Shown piece by piece: positions 1-9,880 of a stretch of 64,000 nucleotides of DNA. The notes under the pieces were generated by a model. The model was not told where the DNA came from. It searched no databases and saw only the letters and a list, made by a program, of their open reading frames with translations. This stretch comes from Staphylococcus phage vB_StaM_PB50. The position numbers and the translations under genes were made by a program. Where the stretch lies: the sequence record OR770614.1; one strand, written 5' to 3'. Each line of letters starts with the position of its first letter. Position 1 is the first letter of the stretch.

Positions 1-2281
1 ATATGATTTATTATTATCAGGATTAAATACTATTCCTACTTCACAATATGACTTTGAAGAATTTAATAGTGAAACACCTTACTTAGAATACTTTAATGAT
101 AAGTTCTATAGTCGTAATGTTGGTAAAGGTATTAAAAATGCATTAGATTTAGCAATGGATCCTATTACAGAAGATGTATTAAGAGATTTAAAATTACCTG
201 AAACTATGGTAGAATTATTACTCTTAGCTAATACCATGCTAGAAGATGTAACTGCTAGAGAACACAATGACATGGGAATATATCGTGTACGTGGTCCAGA
301 ACAAGTTAATGCTTTAATATATAAAATGATTGCAAATGCATATAAAGAATATTCAGACTCTTACAATAATAAGAATCCTAAGAATATTTCTGTTAAGCAA
401 GACCAATTAATCAAAACTATAATGGAACAACCTACTGTAGATGAAGTATCTGATCTTAATCCATCTTTAGAGATTGATAAGATGACTTCTGTTACATTTA
501 AAGGTCCAGCAGGACGTAATAATGAACAATCATATGAACCTGACATTCGTTCATACAGTGAAAGTATGCAAGGTGTATTAGGAATATCTAGTCCTGATTC
601 TAATAAAATTGGGGTAGTTAGACAGCTTTCATATAATTCACTAATTAAATCTACTAGAGGTTATACAGATGGTGGTAAAAAAGATGCTAATGACACATCT
701 CTATATACTCCATTAGAACTACTTAACCCATATTCTAGTAGACATGCCGATGATCAAACATGGATAGTCGGCTTAAAAACTATTTAATTGCTGAAATTAC
801 TTTAAAGTTAATCAGCATCAATCAAATTGTTCAACGACTAAATAATAGTTACTAATTATATAATTAGTAATGATATAGTCTCAACTATGTATAAAGTATA
901 TAGAAATAAGATAATGTCTCCACGTATTGGAATGACTGGTACTCAAGCCAAGCACGTAATTCCAACAAAAACTAATAGTAAACCATTAGTTGGATCTGGT
1001 GTTGATAAATCTTTAGCTTATCAATTATCAGATACATTTGCTTTTAAAGCTAAGCAAGATGGTAAAGTATTAAAAATTAATGAGAAAACTGGTTTAATGA
1101 CAGTGGAATATATCAATGGTGAAAAAGATATTGTTGATATATCTGAAAAATTAGCCAAAAACTCTAACTCAGGTTTTTATCAATCTAATAAACTTGATCC
1201 ACAATTTAACGTAGACGACACTTTTAATAAAGGTCAAATACTTGCTAAAAATAATAATTTCTTTGCTGGATCTGGTAAAAATAATGATATTCAATTCACT
1301 TCAGGTAAATTATCTAAAGTATCTGTAGCTAGCTCATATGGTATTATAAATGCCTTTCATTATAGTAATGTAATGTCAAAAAATTATTAATTGCTGAGAA
1401 ATATTAAATTAATCAGCATCTCTATATTTATAGAGTTCAACGACTAAATATAATTATTCATTAATGCTAATGAATTTGATATAGTCTAATCTATTATAAA
1501 AATATAATAGCTAATATAAATGACTTATGAAGATAGTTCTATTATTTCTAGTAGTATGTCTGAAGCAATGTCTACTAAAGTTACTATGAAGAAAACAGTA
1601 AATATTCCATCAAACACAAATATTCAATATATAGTTAAAGAAGGTCAGAAAGTACGTACAGGAGATCCTTTAATGATATTTGAAACTTCATTCGATGAAG
1701 AAGGTATTGGTTCTTTATTAGATAAAATTGGTAGTGAATTTGAACAAGATATTCAAGATATAGCTAACCGAGCTGTTAGAAGTAAATATACAGGTAATAT
1801 TAAAAAGATTAATATTTATTATAATGATGATATTGAAAATATGACTGATAGTTTAGCTAAATTAGTTAATAATTACATTAAAAAATCAAATGATAAATAT
1901 AAAGAATATAAATCTGGAATTAAAAATAATAAAGAAACTTTACCTGGTATTGATGTAGATATCGCTGCAGTTGATAAAATTAATACAGAGAAAATTAAAG
2001 GGGAAAAAGTTGACGGAGTTCTTATTGAAATCTTCACTGAGTATGAAGATGATATGAGTGTTGGAGATAAAATTAGTTTCTATGGAGCTTGTAAAACTGT
2101 AGTTGCTGATGTAACTCCTCCAAATGAATCTCCTTATGCAGAATATAGACCTGATGAGGAAATCGAAGCTGTATTCTCTCCATTAAGTATTGTCTCTCGT
2201 ATGACAGTTGATATTTACATGATGCTATTTACAAATAAAGCTTTAATAGAATTAAAACGTAAAGTAAAAGATATGATTTAA
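1..2281 (+). CDS. multisubunit RNA polymerase beta-like subunit, N-terminal/middle fragment (5' partial; three exons approx 1-772, 917-1339..1354, 1523-2281 separated by two group I introns)
   Basis: The reading frame is open from the window start. The translation aligns with bacterial RpoB blocks: ISSPDSNKIGVVRQLS with ETPEGPNIGLINSLS, HADDQT with EHDDANRA, KPLVGSGVDKSLA with KPLVGTGMERAVA, and GDKISFYGACKTVV...SPLSIVSRM with GDKMAGRHGNKGVI...NPLGVPSRMN. The three ORF-track ORFs (155-787, 887-1390, 1520-2281) are joined in frame only when the intron cores are removed. The gene stops before the C-terminal conserved beta regions, so this is a split beta fragment. Confidence 0.7.
773..916 (+). 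mobile_element. group I intron (ORF-less, about 145 nt) in the beta-like gene; boundaries accurate to a few nt
   Basis: In order: P TTAATTGCTGAAATT (788-800), Q TTAATCAGCATC (810-821), R TTGTTCAACGACTAAAT (829-845), a 10-bp P8 hairpin TTACTAATTATATAATTAGTAA, S GATATAGTCTC (872-882), a P9 hairpin, then a G before exon 2 at 917. The P3 candidate is CTATT/AATAG. There is an in-frame TAA at 785 inside the intron. Confidence 0.7.
1340..1522 (+). mobile_element. group I intron (ORF-less) in the beta-like gene; the 5' end is uncertain (1340-1355)
   Basis: P TTAATTGCTGAGAAA (1388-1402), Q TTAATCAGCATC (1409-1420), R AGTTCAACGACTAAAT (1433-1448), P8 hairpin ATTCATTAATGCTAATGAAT, S TGATATAGTCTAAT (1475-1488), P9 hairpin CTATTATAAAAATATAATAG, and a terminal G at 1522. 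Exon 3 starts at 1523 in frame. Confidence 0.7.
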
Positions 2282-2286
2282 TTCAC

Positions 2287-2319
2287 ATATCCCAATGATT
2301 ATATTGATCATTGGGATAT
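2287..2319 (+). terminator. hairpin terminator after the beta-like fragment (ATATCCCAATGATTATATTGATCATTGGGATAT)
   Basis: Perfect 11-bp stem directly after the stop codon at 2281; a variant of the recurring CCCAATACC...GGTATTGGG hairpin. Confidence 0.5.
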
Positions 2320-2370
2320 TATTATTTAACACAATATTATTATAAATATTAAAGAAATGAGGAAAATATA

Positions 2371-3399
2371 ATGGATTTTAAATCTCTAGAAGAATCTTTA
2401 GATAAAGAATTTGGTTTAGTTAATGAAGATCCTGAACAAAACCTTTTTAATGATTTAAAAGGTGTTATTATAAATCAATATCAAAAAGGAATTGATAGAT
2501 TAACTAAACAAGGATATGCTAATTTTCAACCTAGTAAATTTGTTTATGCGGGAACTAATATAAACTTAGAAGTAAAATGTAAACATTTAGTTAGCGGAGA
2601 TAATACGGAAAGAGACTTTGCTGTAGTTAGAGTTAATAGAACTATTGCATCTGGTGGACAGTATGAAAGTTTAATGAATAGAAATAAATCATCCGTATTT
2701 CCTGAACTTAAAAAGATGAAACCTTCAGATGAAGCTAAAAAAGCTGCTGAAAGTAGAATTAAGAAAGATAAAATGAAAACGGAACTTCAAAAAGATATTG
2801 AAGATATTAGAAATACTAAAGACAAACAAGAGAAAAAAAGAAAGATTAAAGAATATAAAGAGAAATTGAAAAATAGTAAGAAAAAATTAAATGAAGAATT
2901 GAATCGTGATATCGATACTGATAAAGAAGAACCTATTTGTGAAGAGTGTGGTTCTAAAATGTCTCCAAATGAATCAGGTCAATTAGTATGTGAAGATTGT
3001 GGTAACACTGCAGATGTTGCTGTTCAAGAAGGAATTGTTGAACCTGATACTCTTGAAGCGGATTTTGCTAAAGCTTGTATGAATTTTAAAATAAAAGCTA
3101 AAAGTAAAGGTATTAGGATTGATTCGGGTAATGCTGTGGTAGTAGCTAAACGTACTGGTGGCAAAAACGCTGCTTTAGAAGTACCTATTATATATAAAGG
3201 TAAAGATAAAATTAGAAGAATACCTATTGGAATAGTTGCAGATCGTTTCAAAGAAGCTCAGAAATGGGCTCAAAGTAATGGTAATAAATTTGTATCTATC
3301 TTTAAAAAAGCTCCTGATAAAAAACCTGAGATTGATGAAGATGATAAAGTGGTAGAAGAATTAGAAAATAAATTGAATGAAGAATTCTTTTTAAACTAA
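2371..3399 (+). CDS. hypothetical protein with a C4 zinc-ribbon (CEECGSKMSPNESGQLVCEDCGN) and a lysine-rich coiled region
   Basis: RBS GAGGAAAA upstream. The N-terminus is MDFKSLEESLDKEFGL. The zinc ribbon is paralogous to motifs in the 6636-8552 product. Confidence 0.6.
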   Translation: MDFKSLEESLDKEFGLVNEDPEQNLFNDLKGVIINQYQKGIDRLTKQGYANFQPSKFVYAGTNINLEVKCKHLVSGDNTERDFAVVRVNRTIASGGQYESLMNRNKSSVFPELKKMKPSDEAKKAAESRIKKDKMKTELQKDIEDIRNTKDKQEKKRKIKEYKEKLKNSKKKLNEELNRDIDTDKEEPICEECGSKMSPNESGQLVCEDCGNTADVAVQEGIVEPDTLEADFAKACMNFKIKAKSKGIRIDSGNAVVVAKRTGGKNAALEVPIIYKGKDKIRRIPIGIVADRFKEAQKWAQSNGNKFVSIFKKAPDKKPEIDEDDKVVEELENKLNEEFFLN

Positions 3400-3436
3400 T
3401 AATTATTAAAAATAAAAAAAAGGTAGGAAAAAACTT

Positions 3437-4027
3437 ATGGAAGATATTTATATTCAAGAAGGTAAAAAATTAGATAAAGCTAAAAAAGCAGCTAGAAAAT
3501 TATTTTTAGGATTAACTCCTGAAGAAATTAAAGAAAAATTTGCTATACGTGTAGCTAAAAAGAAATATAGTCTTGAAGTTAAAAAAGGTTATAAGATAAA
3601 TTATTCTGACGCTAAATTATTTACACATGCAACTACACGTAAAGATTCACATGCTATAGATTACGAATTAAGTTTAGTGTTTTCTTTTACTAAACCTAAT
3701 GGTAAGAAAAGTTTCTTTGATAGAAGCGTTTTTATTTATAATCGTTTCGGATCAATGCAAGAAGCTGTATCATTCCAAAATAAACATGGAAAAGATTTAT
3801 TAAAAATATTTAAAACGACTAAAGCAGATAAAAAACCTAAGAAATCTAAATCAGTTAATGAAAGTATGGAAGAATTAGGTATTAATGAAGATTTTGAAGA
3901 CAAATTATTTGAATATTTAGAAGGCGTTACAGAGCAAATCTTATCTGAAGAAAATAAAGAAGAAAATGATAATAAAAAAGAATTAGATTCTCTAGAAGAA
4001 TCTTTAGATAAAGAATTCAGTTTATAA
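3437..4027 (+). CDS. hypothetical basic protein; its C-terminus repeats the peptide SLEESLDKEFSL
   Basis: RBS AGGTAGGAAAAAA upstream. The last 12 codons are a near-identical 36-nt copy of codons 4-15 of the previous gene. Confidence 0.55.
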   Translation: MEDIYIQEGKKLDKAKKAARKLFLGLTPEEIKEKFAIRVAKKKYSLEVKKGYKINYSDAKLFTHATTRKDSHAIDYELSLVFSFTKPNGKKSFFDRSVFIYNRFGSMQEAVSFQNKHGKDLLKIFKTTKADKKPKKSKSVNESMEELGINEDFEDKLFEYLEGVTEQILSEENKEENDNKKELDSLEESLDKEFSL

Positions 4028-4032
4028 TAATT

Positions 4033-4064
4033 ATCCCAATACCTAAATTAATAGGTATTGGGAT
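4033..4064. terminator. bidirectional hairpin ATCCCAATACCTAAATTAATAGGTATTGGGAT between convergent genes
   Basis: Perfect inverted repeat. The same hairpin occurs at 16143, 37548 and 52409. Confidence 0.6.
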
Positions 4065-4070
4065 ATTTTA

Positions 4071-5240
4071 TTATTTAAGTAAATCTAATTTATATTGTAA
4101 CGTTTCAATTTCTATGCCTAGTTTAACTGCTTTAAGAATATTTTTTCTTTCAGTTATAATTGTAGGAATAACATAAGATATTTCAGTGTTTAAGAAATTA
4201 ATATAATTTAATTTCTTGCTATTTGATGCAATAAATTTATTAAGACTATCTATGTCTTCTCTAGTTATATCTGATTCTGGATCATTAGCTGCTTTAAAAT
4301 ACTCATCTGATCTTTCTAAATCTTCATTAAGTTCTTTTTCAACTTCTTTATAAATTTTATCCATATCCTTAGAGAATAATTTTAAGTTATTTGTAAATTT
4401 ATCAATTTTTTCTATATCTTTATATCTAATATTTGCAGCATTATTTTCATTAATCACTTCATTAGCTGGAAAGATTTTTAAAGAGCTCTTATAATTTCTA
4501 TAATTAGATATTAATTCATCGATTTGTCTTACACTTCTTTTAACTTTAATTACTGAGCTGTTTATATTAACTTCATCTTTTATTCCCATAAATAAATCTT
4601 TAATGTCATTCAATACAGAAAGTTCTTTTAATAATCCTACGCTACCTCTTCCGATTATTCCTTCATAACCATCTTTTATTTTAATTTCACTTAAAGCTTT
4701 TTTCTTAGAGATTATTATATCATTAAATTCTTTTTTCTTCTCTTCTTTATTTTTTCTTAATTCTCTTTCATAGGTATCATTTAAATTATTTAAATATTTT
4801 CTAGATTTTTCTAGATCATTTATTGTTGAATCTTTCTTTTTACTTTCTCTTTCTTTATCTGCTAATTCTTTTTCTTTTTTCTCTATAGTCTTTTTCATAC
4901 GATCTAATTCAGAAGAATAAATATTATAATTATCTGAATTTACTTTTTTCATTTTTTCATTTTCTTTTTTAAGTTTATCTATCTCAGCAATAAATGCTTC
5001 TTCTTTCTTAGAATAACCTGTAATTTTATTAAATAGATTAACTATAAATTTCTTGAATTTCTTATAAATATTTACTAAGAAATTTTTAATTTTTAAAAGC
5101 ATTTTCTTAATCTTTTCTAATACACTCTTTTTATTTTTATTTGAAGATTCTTCTTCATTAATTACTTCATAAAAAGAAATTGATTCTTTAACAAAATCTA
5201 TTTCATATTCTTTCATCTCCAACATAGTATCTTCCCTCAT
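4071..5240 (-). CDS. hypothetical coiled-coil protein
   Basis: 389-aa ORF rich in K/E heptad-like stretches; no recognisable catalytic motif. Confidence 0.5.
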   Translation of the reverse strand: MREDTMLEMKEYEIDFVKESISFYEVINEEESSNKNKKSVLEKIKKMLLKIKNFLVNIYKKFKKFIVNLFNKITGYSKKEEAFIAEIDKLKKENEKMKKVNSDNYNIYSSELDRMKKTIEKKEKELADKERESKKKDSTINDLEKSRKYLNNLNDTYERELRKNKEEKKKEFNDIIISKKKALSEIKIKDGYEGIIGRGSVGLLKELSVLNDIKDLFMGIKDEVNINSSVIKVKRSVRQIDELISNYRNYKSSLKIFPANEVINENNAANIRYKDIEKIDKFTNNLKLFSKDMDKIYKEVEKELNEDLERSDEYFKAANDPESDITREDIDSLNKFIASNSKKLNYINFLNTEISYVIPTIITERKNILKAVKLGIEIETLQYKLDLLK

Positions 5241-5328
5241 TTTATTATTATTTTTTATATAAATTTAATGTTAACATTAACATATCGTATAAATAATAAT
5301 AATAATAATAAGAAAGTGAGGAAAATTA

Positions 5329-6597
5329 ATGGGTTATTTTATTAGTAATGATGATCTTCAACCGAAAGATATTGTAAATAGTTATGTATCTTCATATCTT
5401 TCAGGTACTGAAAAGTATAGTAAATTCCAAGCTGGAGCTCCTAGTTTTGTTACTTATTACAGTAAAGATCATGAGAACTCAACCTCAGATAGATCATTAG
5501 ATAATGTTGAAGAAATTGTTGGAGATAATTCTCCACTTAAATATAATAAATTAAAAGATTTTCCTATATATTCTGTTACTGAAATGAATCCTACTATAGA
5601 ATGGGATGAAGAGTGGGGAACTGAAAAAGATTTAGAAAGTGAAGCTGTAATATTACCTGGAACTATTGAACCTCTTCCAGATGATTTTATTGTATTTCAG
5701 TATCAAACTAAAGATAATTTAAATAGTAGAATATATAGAGTAAATAATGTAGAAATGAGTTCATTAGAAAATTCATCATATTATAAAATAAGTTACCAGA
5801 ATTTTAATGTAAATACAGAAGATATTGAAAGACAAGTTTCTAATACTTATAGAACTGTATTTTCTAATATTGGTACAGATAATAAATCATTGATATTAGA
5901 AGAAGATTTCTATCAAGTTAATAATAGTATTAAATACTCCGATGAAATATCTGCGTTAATTATTGATAATTTCTATAATTCTTCATTAAATACATTCATT
6001 TATTATGAAGATGAAATTAGTGCAATAGCAAATATAAAATATATAGATTTAAATTTATCTAGATTTATATACGATAATAATTTATTAGTAAAGTCTAGTA
6101 CCTATTTATCAAACATAATGCCTTATAAAGATAAAAATCCTAAAAATGAAAGAATAAACCAGAAAAATTATAAATATTCTTTATATGAAAGATTGAAAGA
6201 TAGAAAAGAATTACCTAATATAATAACTTTAGATGAAACTAAAGATAATTTTTTAAAAATGTTTAGAGAGAAATATTTAGAGATTAACTTTATGAATAAA
6301 GCTCTTCATGATACAAAAATATTAAATGATATGAATGATTTCACTGAATTATCTAATATAAGTAAGATTAATAGAATTAATGAAGATTATCAAGGTTTAA
6401 ATAGTTTAACTGATCTTGATGAACGTTATAAATTAATTATACTATACTTACAAAAAGATAATATTGATGAAAAAATTCTTGATAAAATATTTAAGTACTA
6501 TGACAATAAATTTGAATTAGATATGGAAGATTATATATTATTACCATGCATATTATTTATTATAAAGAATAATATTGAATCTAAATTTAAAAAATAA
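5329..6597 (+). CDS. hypothetical protein
   Basis: 422-aa ORF with RBS GTGAGGAAAA upstream. Confidence 0.5.
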   Translation: MGYFISNDDLQPKDIVNSYVSSYLSGTEKYSKFQAGAPSFVTYYSKDHENSTSDRSLDNVEEIVGDNSPLKYNKLKDFPIYSVTEMNPTIEWDEEWGTEKDLESEAVILPGTIEPLPDDFIVFQYQTKDNLNSRIYRVNNVEMSSLENSSYYKISYQNFNVNTEDIERQVSNTYRTVFSNIGTDNKSLILEEDFYQVNNSIKYSDEISALIIDNFYNSSLNTFIYYEDEISAIANIKYIDLNLSRFIYDNNLLVKSSTYLSNIMPYKDKNPKNERINQKNYKYSLYERLKDRKELPNIITLDETKDNFLKMFREKYLEINFMNKALHDTKILNDMNDFTELSNISKINRINEDYQGLNSLTDLDERYKLIILYLQKDNIDEKILDKIFKYYDNKFELDMEDYILLPCILFIIKNNIESKFKK

Positions 6598-6635
6598 TAA
6601 ACTGTGAAATATAGAAAATAAAGGAGAATTTTAAT

Positions 6636-8552
6636 ATGTCTAAAAAAATAAATAAAACAGATTTAAATGAAGAAGATATGTTTTTATATGAAGGAAATGA
6701 TTTAGATAGTAATGATGAAGAATTAAAACGAGATATTCCTGAAGATGAAGAAGAAATTGAAGAAACTTTCAATAAATTAATCAATGAAGAAGAAATTGAT
6801 GATGAAGAATCTGATGATCTTGATGAAGTAGAAGATGCTGAAGAAGAAGATGATGTAAAAGTTATTGATTCTGATGATCCTGAATACGATGATCCTATTA
6901 TCTTAGATAAAGATGATGTAGTTGATGATGATACTGCAAATAATGACATTCAAGAGAATCTTTTATTTAATGAAGATGATAAAGAAGATGAAGAAAAAAC
7001 ACAACCTGGTTATACTGAATTAAGAGCTAAATTCTTAGATTCTCAAATGGTAGTTCCTACTACTTTTGGTCCTCATTCAACTTATGGAGTTAATACATCC
7101 AGTGCAAATACTTCAGCACCTTCCGTTAGTGATGGAGGAATGTCAACAGCTAACGGTACAGCTAGTGTTGGAGGAGCAGTTACTGAAACTTATTTATACA
7201 ATAAAGATCCTAAACCTGAATTTACTTTTGTAGATTTAAAAAATGCTTTGTTAGATACTGATGCCGAAGTAGGATATACAATAGGTACACCTGAATCTAG
7301 TGAAGTAAAAAATCAAAGTAAAAATATTGTTGCGAATGAAGCTTATGTAGATGAGGAAAATAAAGCATTTCCTTTTGTTAAAGTAAATGAAAATTACGAT
7401 ACTGCTATTGTAAAAGCTTTTAATGGTGAAGTTAAGAAAATTAGTGAATCCATTTTAAATACTTTTAAATTAGAATCTAAAAGTAGAAAACAAATTTTTG
7501 TTACTAATGAATCAATTGAAACTATGCGTGGATTATTAAATGAAACTGGAAAAATTAAAAACGGTCAACAAATTTGTGAAGATTGTGGTAGTAAACTTTC
7601 TCTTAATGAATCCAATGAATTAATCTGTGAAAATTGTAATAAAGATATAAATGAAGCAATTAAACAAGAAAAAGAAGTTGGAGAAGTTATCTGCAATGAG
7701 TGTGGGGTACAAGAAGAAGTTGACCCTAACGTTAATGAAGCTGAATTAGTTTGTGAAAATTGTGGTTCTGATGATGTTGAATTTAAAACTAAAGTTATTA
7801 ATGAATTTGAAACTAATGAAGAATTTTCACCTAAAGATTTATTAAGATATGCAACTACAATTTCCGAATCATTAGGTAAACGTGTAGATATAGTTGTATC
7901 TAAAGAATCTTATTCACAAATTCCTTCTGTATATGATCCATCTTCTTTACTTGTAGATAAAGTTGACTTTGGTAAAGGATTTAAAAAGGTAATTGTTGTG
8001 GCTCCTAAAGGAAATAAATTACTTAAAGAACTTTATACTAGTAATGAAATTGATTTTGATTCACTTAAAGAAGAATTCAATAGTCAATTAATACAACGTG
8101 TCACTAATGAATCACTAAATGGAATTTTAGAAAACTTTTTAAATCCTTTAGATGAAGTTGATCATAGTGTAAAAGAAGAACTTAATAATAATGAAGTTGA
8201 TCTAGAACAATTAGAAGAATCAATTAATGCTGAAATGAAAAATAAAGATGAAGTATTATATGAAGGTCATCAAGAGTCTTTAGAAGAATTCTATGAAGAT
8301 ATTGTTTTTGAAGCTTATGAAAATGTACCTAATAAAGATGAAGAAAAATTCAAAAAAGCTTTAAGTGAAAATATCAATGATCTTAATATCAATAAAGAAA
8401 TTAAAGTTAGTGAATCATCATTAATTATCAATGGAAAAACTATTGATTTTGAAGATAAAAGTGAAAAAGAATTAAAAGAAATGCTAATGAATGAAAGTAG
8501 ATTAGAACAAAATCTATTGAACGAAAATATTTTTAAAATTATTAATGGTTAG
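6636..8552 (+). CDS. hypothetical protein with a very acidic N-terminal third and three CxxC...CxxC zinc-ribbon units
   Basis: RBS AAGGAGAA. Zinc-ribbon units: ICEDCGSKLSLNESNELICENCN, ICNECGVQEEVD, VCENCGSDD. The unit resembles the ribbon in the 2371-3399 product. Confidence 0.55.
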   Translation: MSKKINKTDLNEEDMFLYEGNDLDSNDEELKRDIPEDEEEIEETFNKLINEEEIDDEESDDLDEVEDAEEEDDVKVIDSDDPEYDDPIILDKDDVVDDDTANNDIQENLLFNEDDKEDEEKTQPGYTELRAKFLDSQMVVPTTFGPHSTYGVNTSSANTSAPSVSDGGMSTANGTASVGGAVTETYLYNKDPKPEFTFVDLKNALLDTDAEVGYTIGTPESSEVKNQSKNIVANEAYVDEENKAFPFVKVNENYDTAIVKAFNGEVKKISESILNTFKLESKSRKQIFVTNESIETMRGLLNETGKIKNGQQICEDCGSKLSLNESNELICENCNKDINEAIKQEKEVGEVICNECGVQEEVDPNVNEAELVCENCGSDDVEFKTKVINEFETNEEFSPKDLLRYATTISESLGKRVDIVVSKESYSQIPSVYDPSSLLVDKVDFGKGFKKVIVVAPKGNKLLKELYTSNEIDFDSLKEEFNSQLIQRVTNESLNGILENFLNPLDEVDHSVKEELNNNEVDLEQLEESINAEMKNKDEVLYEGHQESLEEFYEDIVFEAYENVPNKDEEKFKKALSENINDLNINKEIKVSESSLIINGKTIDFEDKSEKELKEMLMNESRLEQNLLNENIFKIING

Positions 8553-8594
8553 AATTTTATAACATTATTATATAATATTAATTATTTTTCGCTG

Positions 8595-8694
8595 TTTTGA
8601 ATAAATACCCTAATACATTACTAAACGATGAGCCAATTTAAATATAAGAGACAATCATCGGTTTACAAGTGTATTAGGGGGATTTATTTGAAAA
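8595..8694 (+). other. long imperfect stem-loop in the 5' leader of gene 8721-9875 (candidate structured RNA or regulatory element)
   Basis: CCCTAATACA (8608-8617) pairs with TGTATTAGGG (8670-8679). Inner pairing AAACGATGA/TCATCGGTTT. Flanking TTTGAATAAATA / ATTTATTTGAAA extend the stem. No T-run follows. Confidence 0.35.
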
Positions 8695-8720
8695 ATTTAA
8701 ACAGAAAGTAGGAGAAACTC

Positions 8721-9875
8721 TTGAATAATGAAGATGGTAAAATTCTAATAACGGTCCCACATAGAACATATATACCCAATAAAGGAATGGGACCAATAAA
8801 TAAACCTTTTTATGTTGATAAAGATATTTTAAAATTGTATGACTTAATGAACATACAATATAAAAGAATAACTGAGTATGATTATGTTGATATAAATGAA
8901 GATGGAAAATATGAAGTTGAAGAAATTAAATCAGTAGAAGAATTTATTGAACTAAAGTATCTACAAATTAATGAAATACTTAAACAAATAAAGATTATGT
9001 CTAATGACAGTGAAAAGATTAATAAAGAAATGGAAGATAAATTTAACAAAGTTAAAGAAAATTTAATCAATACTGATAATCTTGATGCATACTTAAGTGA
9101 TCTTGATGAATTTAAAAACAACATAGAAAATAAAAAATCAGATCTTCAATCTGAAAAAGAAGATGTGATTTCAACAATAGAAGATATGAATACTAAGTTG
9201 AATGATATGAAAGCCACTTTATCTGATTTTGAAAAAGTCAAAGAACAGTTCAATAGTAATTATAACAATACAATGAGTCTTAATGATGAAATGCAAAGTT
9301 TAAGTGAAACTGTAAATTATATTAAGGATATGGAAAATAGTGTAATTAAGGTTGAAGAAAAATTAAATCTTATAAAAGATAAATCTGAAGAATTAAAATC
9401 TTCACAAGATTCATTTAATAATAGAATAAACGATTTTGAAAATAATTTATTAGATTATAAAGAGAATCTTAAAAATTATATGATAGAAAATGCTGAAATG
9501 TATAAAGGTGATCCAGGCAAACAAGGACCTAAAGGCGATCCTTTCAAATACTCTGACTTTACTCAAGAGCAGTTAAATGGATTAAAAGGTGAAAAAGGAG
9601 ATAAATTAACTTTTAATGATTTAACTAGCGAAGAAAAAGAAGAATTAAAAGGTGAAAAAGGAGATAAATTAACTTTTAATGATTTAACTACTAAAGATAA
9701 AGAAGAATTAAAAGGTGAAAAAGGCGACCCCTTCAAATATTCTGATTTTACAGAGGAACAATTATCTAACTTAAAAGGTGAAAAAGGCGATTCAGCACCT
9801 CCTAAAGTTTTTACTAGAGAAGAGTATGAAACTTTAGAAGAAAAAGACCCTAATACTCTTTACTTTATTATATAG
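8721..9875 (+). CDS. fibre-like protein: N-terminal shared module, long coiled coil, C-terminal collagen-like G-X-Y and KGEKGD repeats
   Basis: GDPGKQGPKGDP; KGEKGDKLTFNDLT repeated twice; KGEKGDPFKYSDFTEEQL repeated twice. The N-terminal roughly 50 aa are homologous to the N-termini of the 13672-14196 and 14217-16124 products. Confidence 0.6.
   Translation: MNNEDGKILITVPHRTYIPNKGMGPINKPFYVDKDILKLYDLMNIQYKRITEYDYVDINEDGKYEVEEIKSVEEFIELKYLQINEILKQIKIMSNDSEKINKEMEDKFNKVKENLINTDNLDAYLSDLDEFKNNIENKKSDLQSEKEDVISTIEDMNTKLNDMKATLSDFEKVKEQFNSNYNNTMSLNDEMQSLSETVNYIKDMENSVIKVEEKLNLIKDKSEELKSSQDSFNNRINDFENNLLDYKENLKNYMIENAEMYKGDPGKQGPKGDPFKYSDFTQEQLNGLKGEKGDKLTFNDLTSEEKEELKGEKGDKLTFNDLTTKDKEELKGEKGDPFKYSDFTEEQLSNLKGEKGDSAPPKVFTREEYETLEEKDPNTLYFII
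9530..9795 (+). repeat. in-frame tandem coding repeats of about 63 nt (collagen-like/KGEKGD units)
   Basis: Near-identical units, e.g. 9581-9643 and 9644-9706. Confidence 0.6.
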
Positions 9876-9880
9876 AAAGG

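Noticed and set aside
361-546. Short antisense or overlapping ORFs from the six-frame track (361..546, 3024..3251, 8882..9124, 9946..10137, 10167..10355, 13169..13357, 15185..15409, 15950..16147, 17418..17630, 20384..20641, 31206..31406, 31479..31661, 35619..35819, 36759..36953, 38174..38368, 53732..53959, 56645..56878, 57017..57295, 57569..57766, 61602..61859)
   Set aside because: All are embedded antisense or out of frame within longer, better-supported genes. They lack RBSs and have low-complexity composition typical of chance ORFs in AT-rich DNA.
6587-6949. Ser-rich 120-aa ORF on the minus strand
   Set aside because: It is antisense to the acidic GAA/GAT-rich region of gene 6636..8552 (its TCT/TCA codons mirror GAA/GAT). 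It is low complexity with no RBS.
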